Source of the DNA: Fibrobacteria bacterium | GTDB taxonomy: Bacteria; Fibrobacterota; Fibrobacteria; UBA11236 | Reading direction: 5' to 3' | Assembly (NCBI GenBank): GCA_043745805.1 | Contig: JAYTSD010000004.1 | Span: forward strand, 213,150-277,149 | DNA length: 64,000 nt | In this document: positions 20,926-30,997 of the stretch, in pieces | How positions within the stretch are numbered: the first letter of the stretch is position 1 | Layout: every line of letters starts with the position of its first letter | Notes under the pieces: generated by a model | Database searches by the model: none | Seen by the model: only the letters and a program-made list of their open reading frames with translations | Told to the model about the DNA's origin: nothing | Position numbers and translations under genes: made by a program

Positions 20926-21654
20926 CTAGCGCCCTTCGGCCAAGCGATTCACTAAAAATTCGGCAAAGTCCAATTTTCGCATTTCTGCTTGGGTTTTAGA
21001 AATATCATATTGCACGCGCACAATTTCCACCGTCATAGTTTGCGTATCAAAGTAACACCAGCTCGCTAAAGGCACGCGATCACGAGGTTGACCTACACTA
21101 CCCACATTCACTAAAATGCGTTGATTAGGTAACATGCGATGTGCTAAAGATTCCGAAACCCAAAAGGATTGTTCGTTTTCCATGATTACAATAGAAGGAA
21201 TATGCGTATGTCCTACAAAACAAACGCGTTCATTAAAAAAAGAAAAGGCATCAATAGCATCATCAAAGCTCGTGATATAATACCAATCCACCGGAGATCT
21301 TGGGCTTGCATGCACAAAACTTAAAGGTGGTTCATCTACAACGTATGGTAATTTGTCGAGAATATTATATGACTCTTGACTTAAATTTTCTTTCGTCCAT
21401 TCAATGGCTTTACGTGCGTAAAAGTTGAAATTTTCCGAAGATTCTCGGCCTAAGGCCACGCTATCATGATTGCCCAACAAAAAAACCGCGCTACGTTCTT
21501 TAATCATTTTAACACATTCATTGGGATTGGCGCCATACCCTACCGCATCGCCCAAGCATATGCGACGCTCCACGCCCACTTGGTCCATGGCATCCATAAC
21601 CTGAGTTAACGCTTCCAAATTACTGTGAATATCTGAAAAAATGCCGTATTTCAT
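20926..21654 (-). CDS. Metallophosphoesterase (calcineurin-like)
   Basis: SDIHSN, LGDAVGYG, GNHD, GHTH, NVGSVGQPRD. Confidence 0.92.
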   Translation of the reverse strand: MKYGIFSDIHSNLEALTQVMDAMDQVGVERRICLGDAVGYGANPNECVKMIKERSAVFLLGNHDSVALGRESSENFNFYARKAIEWTKENLSQESYNILDKLPYVVDEPPLSFVHASPRSPVDWYYITSFDDAIDAFSFFNERVCFVGHTHIPSIVIMENEQSFWVSESLAHRMLPNQRILVNVGSVGQPRDRVPLASWCYFDTQTMTVEIVRVQYDISKTQAEMRKLDFAEFLVNRLAEGR

Positions 21655-21795
21655 GCTGTTATTAAATTTTCCTGAAACTTATTCATTTGCGTATAGTGTA
21701 AAATACTTTTAGCGAAAGATAAAGTTCTTTTTGCAAAGACTCTCTCATTGCTTCAGAGAAAGAATAAGCGGTATAATTCACAAGTGAATTTCGCT

Positions 21796-23739
21796 ATGCC
21801 TCAAAACACCCAAGGTCACGAATTAATCGTTCATAATTTCACCTCATTGATAATTCCATCCCTAAGGTCCGATGGGATACCCATCCGCGTTATTCAACCC
21901 GAGACCTTGCTAGATATTGCTCCTTTTAGTCTGGTAATATTGAATTCGGTTCAAATAGAACAAGCCGAAGAATTGTCTTTTTTACGCCAACAAACGGCTG
22001 TATTGCTCTGGGATCCCGAACAAAAATTAACCGATTGGCCGAGCTGTGCCGACATCGCATTATCTCCACAACCCTCCGAAGCCGAATTGCAAAAGGCCCT
22101 GATACAAGGGGCACGTATTGCCAAGTTAAAAGAGCAATGCTTGCAATTACAAAATCAATGTGCCATTGCCGATACGCGCAATCAACAACTAGGCCAAATT
22201 GGAATGGCCTTAATGTCGGAACGCCATATCGACACACTGCTCAATTTGATTTTAGATAAAGCCATGAGCTTAACGCAAAGTGATGCGGGCTGTTTGTATT
22301 TACTCGAAAATCGTGCAGGAACTGTCGAAAACCCCCGTGCCTATTGGGAAAATAAACAAGTACGCTTTAAATTAACACGCAATAATTCCGTGGAATTTCC
22401 TTTTGAAGAAACCCTTATCCCCATAGCACACAGTTCGATCATTGGCTATACCTTAGTCGAAGGTGTGGCGCTCAACTTGGAAGATGTTTATCATCTCGAT
22501 GGAAAATTACCGTATAAGCATAATCATATTTTCGATACTAACTCAGGCTATTATAGTCGATCCATGTTATGTGTGCCACTCATTGATAACCATAATCATG
22601 TGATTGGAGCCCTTCAATTAATCAATAAATGTCGCCGTAAAAACCACGCCATTACGTCCTCTGCGGCAGCCGATGCACAAGTAATGGCATATCAAACCGA
22701 TGATGTGAATTTATGTATGTCCTTGGCCTCACAGGCCTCCGTGGCGATTTTAAATGCGCAGTATGAACATGAAATTAAAAATCTTTTCGAAGGCTTTATT
22801 AAAGCCAGCGTCACCGCAATTGAATCTCGCGATCCCACCACCTCAGGTCATTCGCAGCGCGTTGCCGATTATTGTATTGATTTTGCCCTTTGTCTTTCAC
22901 GCCTAAGCAATGCGAAATTCAAGCATTGTTATTTTTCCGATTCGCAATTACAGGAATTACGCTATGCCGCATTGTTACATGATTTTGGAAAAATTGGAAT
23001 TCGTGAACAGGTACTTACGAAAGCAAAAAAATTATATCCCGAAGCCTTAGAACAAATTGGCCAGCGCATTGCCTGTATCAAACGCTGTATTGCATGGGGT
23101 TGCGCCTTAGATAAAGTTCGCTTGTATCAAGGTAAAACCACTCAATATGCAGAATCTATTTTTTCCACTTGGGATAAAATTCAACGCGATAAAATTGAAG
23201 AGATGGAAGATATGTGGGCTTGTATTTTAAAGGCCAATGAACCGTCTCCCTTAGCCAATGAAATCGCTGAAAAGCTACAACGCTGGGCAGAAACCCCTTA
23301 TACCGATCCCGAAGGTTATACCATTCCAATTTTATTAAAAGCCGAGCTAGAACAATTACTCATTCCGCAAGGTACCTTGAGTCATGAAGAAAGAGATTCC
23401 ATCCAAAGTCATGTGATGCATACCTATAATTTTCTTTCCAAAATTCCTTGGACCAAAGATTTAAAACATATTCCTGAAATTGCTTTTGCTCATCATGAAA
23501 AACTCAATGGTACAGGTTATCCACGTGGCTTGATTGAGGAACAAATTCCCGTGCCCTCACAGATTATGACGGTATGTGATATTTACGATGCCTTGACTGC
23601 AAGAGATAGGCCTTATAAACGTGCTATTCCCACTGATAAAGCCTTAGCAATTATTGAAATGGAAGTCAAAAGCGGTAAAATCGATAAAGAACTTTTTCGA
23701 GTTTTTGTAGAAAGCAAGATTTATTTGGGTTCGAAATAA
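21796..23739 (+). CDS. GAF plus HD-GYP cyclic-di-GMP phosphodiesterase
   Basis: GAF (SMLCVPL...GALQLINK), TSGHSQRV, LLHDFGKIG, HHEKLNGTGYP. Start uncertain (track gives 21748). Confidence 0.9.
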   Translation: MPQNTQGHELIVHNFTSLIIPSLRSDGIPIRVIQPETLLDIAPFSLVILNSVQIEQAEELSFLRQQTAVLLWDPEQKLTDWPSCADIALSPQPSEAELQKALIQGARIAKLKEQCLQLQNQCAIADTRNQQLGQIGMALMSERHIDTLLNLILDKAMSLTQSDAGCLYLLENRAGTVENPRAYWENKQVRFKLTRNNSVEFPFEETLIPIAHSSIIGYTLVEGVALNLEDVYHLDGKLPYKHNHIFDTNSGYYSRSMLCVPLIDNHNHVIGALQLINKCRRKNHAITSSAAADAQVMAYQTDDVNLCMSLASQASVAILNAQYEHEIKNLFEGFIKASVTAIESRDPTTSGHSQRVADYCIDFALCLSRLSNAKFKHCYFSDSQLQELRYAALLHDFGKIGIREQVLTKAKKLYPEALEQIGQRIACIKRCIAWGCALDKVRLYQGKTTQYAESIFSTWDKIQRDKIEEMEDMWACILKANEPSPLANEIAEKLQRWAETPYTDPEGYTIPILLKAELEQLLIPQGTLSHEERDSIQSHVMHTYNFLSKIPWTKDLKHIPEIAFAHHEKLNGTGYPRGLIEEQIPVPSQIMTVCDIYDALTARDRPYKRAIPTDKALAIIEMEVKSGKIDKELFRVFVESKIYLGSK

Positions 23740-23819
23740 AGCGCATTTTTACTCTCCAATTTTGCTTCAAAACGCTTTACAAAAACTGCTTTTCGAATTA
23801 CTTTTGCACCGGCTTTTAG

Positions 23820-23895
23820 GTTCCCATCGTCTAGTGGCCTAGGACAACGCCCTTTCACGGCGTCGACCGGGGTTCAAATCCCCGTGGGAACGCCA
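23820..23895 (+). tRNA. tRNA-Glu (TTC)
   Basis: Acceptor stem GTTCCCA/TGGGAAC, anticodon arm ACGCC-CT TTC AC-GGCGT, GGTTCAAATCC T-arm, encoded CCA; 76 nt. Confidence 0.97.
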
Positions 23896-23898
23896 AAT

Positions 23899-23932
23899 AA
23901 AAAAACCTTCTCCTCCAAGAGAAGGTTTTTTT
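23899..23932. terminator. Bidirectional intrinsic terminator
   Basis: A7-CCTTCTC...GAGAAGG-T7 between the tRNA and a convergent ABC operon. Confidence 0.85.
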
Positions 23933-23976
23933 ATGAAATTCTTTTAGTTAGCGTCTCTTTTTAATTAAAAATCTTT

Positions 23977-24765
23977 TTAGGACGAGGCCGAAGAATAAAC
24001 TCTTAATCCCGCTCGCCAAACAATAAACACAATACCCATAAACAATAAAATCACACCCAAGAATTGTCCTAAAATCCAAATATCAAAAGGCTCCAATAAA
24101 ATTCGCGCAGGAAAAGAAGCCATTAAAGCGAAGGGTACCGCAAAGATTAATACTTTACGCGTGAAACCTTGATAAATCCGATCCGGCCTTTCCATAAAGC
24201 GCGTGGTATTATAAAAAATTTGATGCAAAGTTTTTGCCGATTCCAACCAAAATACCGGAAGGATGGTTAACAAATGCACCATAAAATAAAGGATTGCACC
24301 CAAGCCTATGGCAAAAAAATAAGCGAGGACTGAGGTAACGCCAAAATGACCGGGATAAGAAAAAATGGCCCAACACATAATGCCCAAAGCAAAAATTAAA
24401 TTGATGCAAGAATTTGCCGCGAAATCGCGAAGATTTAAAAAGAAAAAAGACGAGACTGGCCGCGTCAGATAATAATCCAAATCCCCTTTATTCACGAGTA
24501 CCGGCAACCACCATACATTATTGGAAAAAAAAGTCATGTGCAGCGCATCGACCGTAAGATAACCGGCAACAAAAATAAACATTTGCTGCGCATTCCATCC
24601 CCCTAATAAATTCGTATGCAAAAATACCAATTGGAAAAAAGTAAGGTTCACGCCATAGTAAACCAAATCCATAAAAATGCGAAAGAAAAAATCCATGCGA
24701 AATTCCATATTGCGACTAATGGAAAAACGCACAAAGTAGGCATAGAGACGAAGATAGCGTAACAT
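23977..24765 (-). CDS. ABC-2 family permease (DUF990-type)
   Basis: Multi-TM protein; KGDLDYYLTRPVS; ends LRVYSSASS. Confidence 0.88.
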   Translation of the reverse strand: MLRYLRLYAYFVRFSISRNMEFRMDFFFRIFMDLVYYGVNLTFFQLVFLHTNLLGGWNAQQMFIFVAGYLTVDALHMTFFSNNVWWLPVLVNKGDLDYYLTRPVSSFFFLNLRDFAANSCINLIFALGIMCWAIFSYPGHFGVTSVLAYFFAIGLGAILYFMVHLLTILPVFWLESAKTLHQIFYNTTRFMERPDRIYQGFTRKVLIFAVPFALMASFPARILLEPFDIWILGQFLGVILLFMGIVFIVWRAGLRVYSSASS

Positions 24766-25574
24766 TAAATTCCCACTCCGGCATATTGCCGTGTGCCTTT
24801 ACGCCATAGCCAAAGCGAGATGGCAGTAAATATTCCAGACCAAAAAATCAAAACCCCGAAGCCGAATAAAGTTTCTTGCCAAGTTAAAGTTTCGCGCAAA
24901 AATCGAATGGGAAATGAAACCATATAGGTAAAGGGTAAATAGCTCAAAACCTTTTGTGCCCAATTAGGAAAGAACGCCAAGGGGATTAATCCTCCGCCAA
25001 ATAAATGTAAGATGATGCGATTCAATACCAATAAGCTCCACACATTATCCGCCCAAAAAGCTAGCATTTCCAAAGCGGAAGCTAACATAAAATAAAGATA
25101 ACCGGCTCCACCTATAGCTAGTACCGCTAAAGTTACCCCTAACGGTTCAAAATGAAAGGAAGGTGGCTTACCAAAACAAAATAAATAGACGCTTGCGGCT
25201 AGCAAAAATTGCAAAATAAAAACGGCGCTCTGTGCTAAGGAGGAAACATATTTAAAACGAAAAAAGGAAATCGGATATAACAGGTAACGTGTCAGTGTCC
25301 CTTCATAAATTTCCGGTGAGATAAAACCCATTTCTGGGCCGGCCACGACACGCTCAATCAGTGGTACCATCAAATAATACAGAATGAGATCGGGAAAGGT
25401 AAACCCTTGCAAGGTGCTGATGGCACGATATGCAAAAACCGCTTTCCATAAAAAAAACGCCACCCCAAATTGAGAAAAAGTATTGCCTAAAAATCCAATC
25501 CAAAATTCGGCACGAAAAGAAATGATCTTTTTAAATTCTAAAACAAAAATATGGCGAACTAAAGCGAATTGCAT
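24765..25574 (-). CDS. ABC-2 family permease
   Basis: Multi-TM protein; EIYEGTLTRYLLYPIS, GGLIPLAFFP. Confidence 0.88.
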   Translation of the reverse strand: MQFALVRHIFVLEFKKIISFRAEFWIGFLGNTFSQFGVAFFLWKAVFAYRAISTLQGFTFPDLILYYLMVPLIERVVAGPEMGFISPEIYEGTLTRYLLYPISFFRFKYVSSLAQSAVFILQFLLAASVYLFCFGKPPSFHFEPLGVTLAVLAIGGAGYLYFMLASALEMLAFWADNVWSLLVLNRIILHLFGGGLIPLAFFPNWAQKVLSYLPFTYMVSFPIRFLRETLTWQETLFGFGVLIFWSGIFTAISLWLWRKGTRQYAGVGI

Positions 25575-25581
25575 AAATGCT

Positions 25582-26574
25582 TCATTCAGTCTTACGAATT
25601 AAAGCTTCGATCACCGTACCAATGTCTTCTTCTTCAATGCTTAAATCCGCTACCGCATAATGCTGTAATAACCATCCTGCCGCTTCAGCGACTTTTGAGC
25701 GTAACACTTTCACTTTAAGACATTCCGGCGTTTGTTCTAGGGACATTCCCAATTCTTGGGGGAAAAGGCTTTCTGGTTTTTTTGTGTTTAAAGGATCATG
25801 ATCTTCAAAGGTTACCGTGAGAATCTTATGCTGAGCATATTGCGTTAAAATTTTTTGCAAAGATCCATCATATACCATTTCGCCTTCGCGAATAATAATA
25901 ATACGCTCGCAAAGCTTTTCAATATCTTCCATATAATGCGAAGTCAATAACATAGCCGGTTGATGCTCTTGCCGATACTTTAATAAAAATTCTCGTATCG
26001 CTCTTTGCGCACTCAGATCGAGACCAATAGTGGGTTCATCCAAAAAAACCACTTTAGGTTGATGTAACAATGCGGCTATCAATTCCATTTTCATACGTTC
26101 GCCCAAACTTAATCGGCGAATTTGAATATTCAATTTATCTTGCACTTGCAAAGTATGCGTTAAGGTTTCTAGCGTCGCATTAAATTGCAAACGCGGGATT
26201 TGATAAATCTCACGTAACAGTAAAAATCCATCCGCAGCCGGTAAGTCCCACCAAAGCTGAGCCTTTTGCCCCATGATTAAAGCGATTTGTCGACGAAATG
26301 CATCCTTGCGTTGCCAAGGCACATGATCGAGCACTTGTGCCTCACCACTCGTGGGATGAATAATGCCCGCTAAGGCTTTTACTAAAGTTGTTTTACCGGC
26401 ACCATTCGCGCCAATGAGGCCCACAATTTCGCCCGCTTGCACTTGCAGGGAGATGTTTTTCAAAGCATGTACTTGCTGCCATTCTCGCACAAATAAGGAT
26501 CGCAGCGAGCCCTTAAGCCCTGCTGCTTTTTTATGCACGCGAAAAGTTTTACTTAGTCCTGCGACTTTAATCAT
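25582..26574 (-). CDS. ABC transporter ATP-binding protein
   Basis: GANGAGKTT, LSLGERMK, FLDEPT, TSHYM. Confidence 0.95.
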   Translation of the reverse strand: MIKVAGLSKTFRVHKKAAGLKGSLRSLFVREWQQVHALKNISLQVQAGEIVGLIGANGAGKTTLVKALAGIIHPTSGEAQVLDHVPWQRKDAFRRQIALIMGQKAQLWWDLPAADGFLLLREIYQIPRLQFNATLETLTHTLQVQDKLNIQIRRLSLGERMKMELIAALLHQPKVVFLDEPTIGLDLSAQRAIREFLLKYRQEHQPAMLLTSHYMEDIEKLCERIIIIREGEMVYDGSLQKILTQYAQHKILTVTFEDHDPLNTKKPESLFPQELGMSLEQTPECLKVKVLRSKVAEAAGWLLQHYAVADLSIEEEDIGTVIEALIRKTE

Positions 26575-26608
26575 AAAACTTCACTCATTTTTTGGGGTTG
26601 AAACTTAT

Positions 26609-26989
26609 TTATTCCAATACCGCATCGGCTTCAATTTCGACCAACATTTCTGGTGCAATTAAACGCGTCACTTCCACCATCGCCGTAGCGGGACGGATTA
26701 CGCTAAAAAATTCACCATGGGCTTTGCTAGCTTTTTCCCATTCGTCAATATTTTTCAAATACATGCGCGTGCGCACCACATCTTTCATTTCCGCACCCGC
26801 AGATTTCAAAGCGCTTTCAATATTTTTCAAAGCCTGCAAAGTTTGGGCATAGACATCACCTTCTACTTTACCTTCGGCATTGCTACCCGTTGTGCCCGAT
26901 ACAAAAATTTGTTTGCCTATACGCACTGCACGCGAGTAACCAATAATAGGTTCCCATTTCGATCCGGTGCTAATATTTTGTCTGGTCAT
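26609..26989 (-). CDS. RidA/YjgF family protein
   Basis: [36 protein letters not shown] 26989 follows an AAGGA RBS. Confidence 0.92.
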   Translation of the reverse strand: MTRQNISTGSKWEPIIGYSRAVRIGKQIFVSGTTGSNAEGKVEGDVYAQTLQALKNIESALKSAGAEMKDVVRTRMYLKNIDEWEKASKAHGEFFSVIRPATAMVEVTRLIAPEMLVEIEADAVLE

Positions 26990-27041
26990 GAATATTCCTT
27001 TCAAACTTGGAAAAATTTCTTATGAAGTTTCAAAATAGAAA

Positions 27042-28259
27042 TTAATCTCGGTTCTCCAGCAAAGGCGCCAAAGCCGGCGCATATTTTTTGCGAATCCAAA
27101 CCCCGTCGCGACGCGACTTCCCTTTCCAATACAAGCTCAAATCATGATCCAAGCCATATAAAAAGGCATACCATTCGCGTTGCAAAGGTGATTTCCATTC
27201 CCATAATAAAGTAAACAAGGCTTTTTTGCAGGCCTGTAAATTCCGCGTATTAAAATGCTTGGCTTGTGGCTTAAAAAAGGGGGAGTCCAAAAAATCCGCC
27301 ACTACTTTAAAAGCCGGCGGCACAGCAAATTCATGCAAAGTTTTTTCCCAAATTTTCTCGGAACTTTCAGCTTGTGCAAAGCCTGCCATCAGCTGAAATA
27401 CAAACCGATCGGTTTCGGGAAGTCCCGTGGGATTCAATAATAAACCGGCCACAGCTTTAGTCAAAGCGGGTGGACGATGACGATAAGGCCCTACAAAAAG
27501 CTTGGAAGGGCAATAATCATTAGCATACAAATTATCCCATAATACAATTCGCCCAGGAAACATAGACGTTACCGTAGACAAATCTTGCGGTCGTAACTTT
27601 TCCGAAATAATGCGTGGTCCGGTCCATAATAACGGAATGTTTTCCGGCATACAGTTCGCCAAATCTAATAGGTACACATTTTTTTCAATAGGGCCTTCCG
27701 AGAATTGATCCGTATACACCGTGGGACAAAACCAAAGCTTTGCCGCTTTTTTTATAGCCCTATTGGTACTATTGGATATTTTTTTAAAAAAAGCTTTTTT
27801 GGCGAATTTTAAATCGTTTTGCAAAGCTTGCAAAAGCAAAGCATGCGCTTCCCCTAAAGAATTAAATTTACCCTGAGCCGCGGTAGGCAATTCCGGTGAA
27901 ATATCGTCCATCAGTAATGCGACATCCTGACAACCCCACTCGGCAAAAGCCTGTAATTTTTTCAGCAGAGTTTTATAATCCGCCTTACTCGTATAATTAT
28001 AGGAGAGCCCAGGAGCCATACCCGGAATAACCGAAATCCCTAAATGCTTCGCCTCTGCCACAAAAGCTTGAAACTCTTTTTGCCAAGCCTTAGGATAAGC
28101 CTCTCGCCAGTAACGTCTATGATACGGATCTTCCTTCGGCGCATAAACATAAACATTCGCACCATTTTTTTTTAACACTTTTAATAAATGGCTTCGCTCG
28201 GCAAAAGAAAAAAGCTTGCCATAGTAACCTTCAATATACCCTTTAAAAAAAGTCGTCAC
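27042..28259 (-). CDS. GH84 beta-N-acetylglucosaminidase (O-GlcNAcase/hyaluronidase-like) catalytic domain
   Basis: GYIEGYYG, YVYAPKEDPYHR, LLMDDI catalytic pair, FCPTVY, WTGP, WDNLYANDY. Confidence 0.9.
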   Translation of the reverse strand: MTTFFKGYIEGYYGKLFSFAERSHLLKVLKKNGANVYVYAPKEDPYHRRYWREAYPKAWQKEFQAFVAEAKHLGISVIPGMAPGLSYNYTSKADYKTLLKKLQAFAEWGCQDVALLMDDISPELPTAAQGKFNSLGEAHALLLQALQNDLKFAKKAFFKKISNSTNRAIKKAAKLWFCPTVYTDQFSEGPIEKNVYLLDLANCMPENIPLLWTGPRIISEKLRPQDLSTVTSMFPGRIVLWDNLYANDYCPSKLFVGPYRHRPPALTKAVAGLLLNPTGLPETDRFVFQLMAGFAQAESSEKIWEKTLHEFAVPPAFKVVADFLDSPFFKPQAKHFNTRNLQACKKALFTLLWEWKSPLQREWYAFLYGLDHDLSLYWKGKSRRDGVWIRKKYAPALAPLLENRD

Positions 28260-28654
28260 TATTTTCCTTCTGGAGAGTTTGTATTTGCATCTTCCTTGTC
28301 ATAATTCATCTGACGTCTACCTTCGAGTACGCCACGCTGATGCGAACGCGGCACAGGTGAATTTGCACTCAAACTCACTCTTGCTCGAGGCTGACTGCCA
28401 TCTTTCAAAAAAGTAATTACTGCGGAATAACCCTGTATCCCTCCCCGCTCCAAAGCACCCCATTGCCAGCGCCCACCCTCAAACATGGCATCATAATCAC
28501 TAGGTTTAAAAGGCTTTTCGCCAAAAAGTTTAAAACACTCCTCATTGGCCAGTCGCGCAGCAAATTCATTCGCATGGTTTTGACTCATAGAGGATGCGCA
28601 GGCGCAAAGTATTAACAGGCTTAGTCCCATACATAGTTTTTTAGTCTGATTCAT
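28259..28654 (-). CDS. Hypothetical lipoprotein
   Basis: Signal peptide with LCAC lipobox; abuts the GH84 gene. Confidence 0.65.
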   Translation of the reverse strand: MNQTKKLCMGLSLLILCACASSMSQNHANEFAARLANEECFKLFGEKPFKPSDYDAMFEGGRWQWGALERGGIQGYSAVITFLKDGSQPRARVSLSANSPVPRSHQRGVLEGRRQMNYDKEDANTNSPEGK

Positions 28655-28820
28655 AAAACCCCTTTGTGTGCCGGAGCATCCGGATTTTAAAATTATAAAG
28701 ACTATAACATGATAGCTTTAAAAATCGCAAGTCAAAGGTTTAGACAAATCCATAAAACCCACCAACAATTCCCCCTAACTTTTTTACTTTTACCCGCATA
28801 CAAAAGACAAGGAGAAGAAA

Positions 28821-30887
28821 GTGGATCAATCGATCGTCAAACGCATTGCAGATAATATTCGCATACTCTCGGCAGCCATGCCTGAGCAAGCTAAAAGTGG
28901 CCATCCAGGCGGAGCTATGGGCGGAGCGGATTTCGCAGCCGTTTTATTTACCGAGTTTTTGAATTTTGATCCCAAGGATACCACTTGGCTAAATCGCGAT
29001 CGCTTCTTCCTTGACCCAGGGCATATGTCCCCTATGCTTTATTCCACGCTTTCCATGTTTGGTTTATACAGCATGGACGAATTGAAAAATTTCCGCCAAT
29101 GGGATAGTCCTACTCCTGGCCATCCTGAAGTGGATGTAAAACGCGGTGTAGAAAATACTTCCGGTCCTTTAGGCCAAGGCCATGCAATGGCTTTGGGCGC
29201 TGCCATTGCCGAACGCTTTTTGGCGGCTCGTTTTGGCGAATGGATGCAACATAAAACTTTTACTTTCATTTCCGATGGTGGCGTGCAAGAAGAAGTTTCT
29301 CAAGGTGTTGGCCGTTTAGCAGGTCATTTAGGTTTGCATAATTTGGTCATGTTTTATGATTCCAATCAAGTACAGCTTTCTAGCGTAACCGGCGTGGTAA
29401 CTAGCGAAGAAACCGCTAAGAAATATGAAAGCTGGGGCTGGAAAGTACTTAGCATTGCCGGAAATGATCATGATGCTATTCGCGGCGCATTAAAACAAGC
29501 CATTGCCGAAACCGCAAAACCGACTTTGATTATTGGCAATACTACCATGGCAAAAGGCGCGGTAACCGAAGCCGGTGGCTCTTTTGAAGGCCAAGTAAAA
29601 ACGCATGGTATGCCTTTATCCAAGGGCGGCGCTTCTTTCAAAAAAACCGTAGCCAATTTAGGCGGTGACCCTGAAAACCCTTTCCAAATTTTTCCCGATG
29701 TAGCGGAATATTTAAAAGGCATTTGTGCTGCCAAAACTGAAGTGGTTAAAGCAGCCAAACAAAAACAAGCAGAATGGGAAAAACAAAATCCTGAATTAGC
29801 GACCAAATGGCAAAGCTTCTTCTCCGGTAAACCTCCTGCTCTTGATTATAGCGCCATTGCCCAAAAAGCCAATAGCGCTACGCGTGCCGCTTCCAAAGAA
29901 TGCTTGGCTTATTTCGTAAAGCAAGTGCCGAATATGATTGTCGCTTCCGCGGATTTATCCGACAGCGATTATACCGATGGCTTTTTACATCATACCCAAG
30001 CTTTTAAAAAAGGGGATTTCAGCGGAGCTTTCTTACAAGCCGGTGTAGCTGAATTAACTATGGCTGCGGCTTGCGCAGGTATGGTTTTGCATGGGGGAGT
30101 AATTCCTGCTTGCGGAACATTTTTTGCATTCTCCGATTTTCAAAAACCGGCTGTGCGCTTAGCGGCCTTAATGGAACTCGGTGTGATTTATATTTGGACA
30201 CATGATGCTTTCCGCGTAGGTGAAGATGGTCCAACTCATCAACCAATTGAACAAGAAGCACAAATTCGTTTGTTGGAAAAATTAAATAACTTGGCCGGTC
30301 ATCGCAGTATGTTAACTTTGCGTCCAGGTGATGCACATGAAACGACTATTGCTTGGAAAATGGCTTTGGAAAATCGCCATGCGCCAACAGCTTTAATCCT
30401 CACTCGTCAACCGGTAACCGATTTGCCTGCCGCTACTGGTAAACGCTTTGAAGAAGCCAAGCAAGCTTCGCTTGGAGCCTATACCGTTTTAGAAACTGAA
30501 GGTAAACCGGAATTAGTTTTGGTTGCTAATGGTTCGGAAGTTTCTTTATTAGTGGAAGGCGCGCAAAAGCTTATTACTAAAGGCTTAAAGGTTCGCGTGG
30601 TGTCGGCTATTTCTGAAGGACTTTTCAATGAACAAAGCGAAAGCTATAAAGAAAAGATTTTGCCTTTCGGCATTCCTACTTTAGGCTGGTCTGCTGGTCT
30701 TCCAGTGACCTTGCAAGGTTTAGTGGGTCCTTTAGGTAAAGTATATGGTATGACCCGCTTCGGTGCTTCGGCTCCTTTTGAAGTACTCGATCAAAAATTC
30801 GGTTATACTGCAGACAATGTAGTTGTTCAAGCCGAAAAATATTTAGCTGAATACAAAGCCACCGTTGCCAAGATTGCGGCTTTGTAA
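28821..30887 (+). CDS. tkt: Transketolase
   Basis: SGHPGGAMG, RDRFFLDPGH, TPGHPE, SGPLGQG, GEDGPTHQPIEQ. Confidence 0.97.
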   Translation: MDQSIVKRIADNIRILSAAMPEQAKSGHPGGAMGGADFAAVLFTEFLNFDPKDTTWLNRDRFFLDPGHMSPMLYSTLSMFGLYSMDELKNFRQWDSPTPGHPEVDVKRGVENTSGPLGQGHAMALGAAIAERFLAARFGEWMQHKTFTFISDGGVQEEVSQGVGRLAGHLGLHNLVMFYDSNQVQLSSVTGVVTSEETAKKYESWGWKVLSIAGNDHDAIRGALKQAIAETAKPTLIIGNTTMAKGAVTEAGGSFEGQVKTHGMPLSKGGASFKKTVANLGGDPENPFQIFPDVAEYLKGICAAKTEVVKAAKQKQAEWEKQNPELATKWQSFFSGKPPALDYSAIAQKANSATRAASKECLAYFVKQVPNMIVASADLSDSDYTDGFLHHTQAFKKGDFSGAFLQAGVAELTMAAACAGMVLHGGVIPACGTFFAFSDFQKPAVRLAALMELGVIYIWTHDAFRVGEDGPTHQPIEQEAQIRLLEKLNNLAGHRSMLTLRPGDAHETTIAWKMALENRHAPTALILTRQPVTDLPAATGKRFEEAKQASLGAYTVLETEGKPELVLVANGSEVSLLVEGAQKLITKGLKVRVVSAISEGLFNEQSESYKEKILPFGIPTLGWSAGLPVTLQGLVGPLGKVYGMTRFGASAPFEVLDQKFGYTADNVVVQAEKYLAEYKATVAKIAAL

Positions 30888-30935
30888 AAAAATACCGCAT
30901 GGGTTACTAGTTAAATAACTATTAACCCTATAAAT

Positions 30936-30970
30936 AAAAAAAGGCTGCGATTAATCCGCAGCCTTTTTTT
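30936..30970. terminator. Bidirectional intrinsic terminator
   Basis: A-run-GGCTGCG...CGCAGCC-T7. Confidence 0.85.
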
Positions 30971-30997
30971 ATGCTCTAAAATACATTGGTCTAGTCG

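Noticed and set aside
23820-23895. tRNA-Glu as an island integration site
   Set aside because: No integrase adjacent and no duplicated tRNA 3' end seen in the window.
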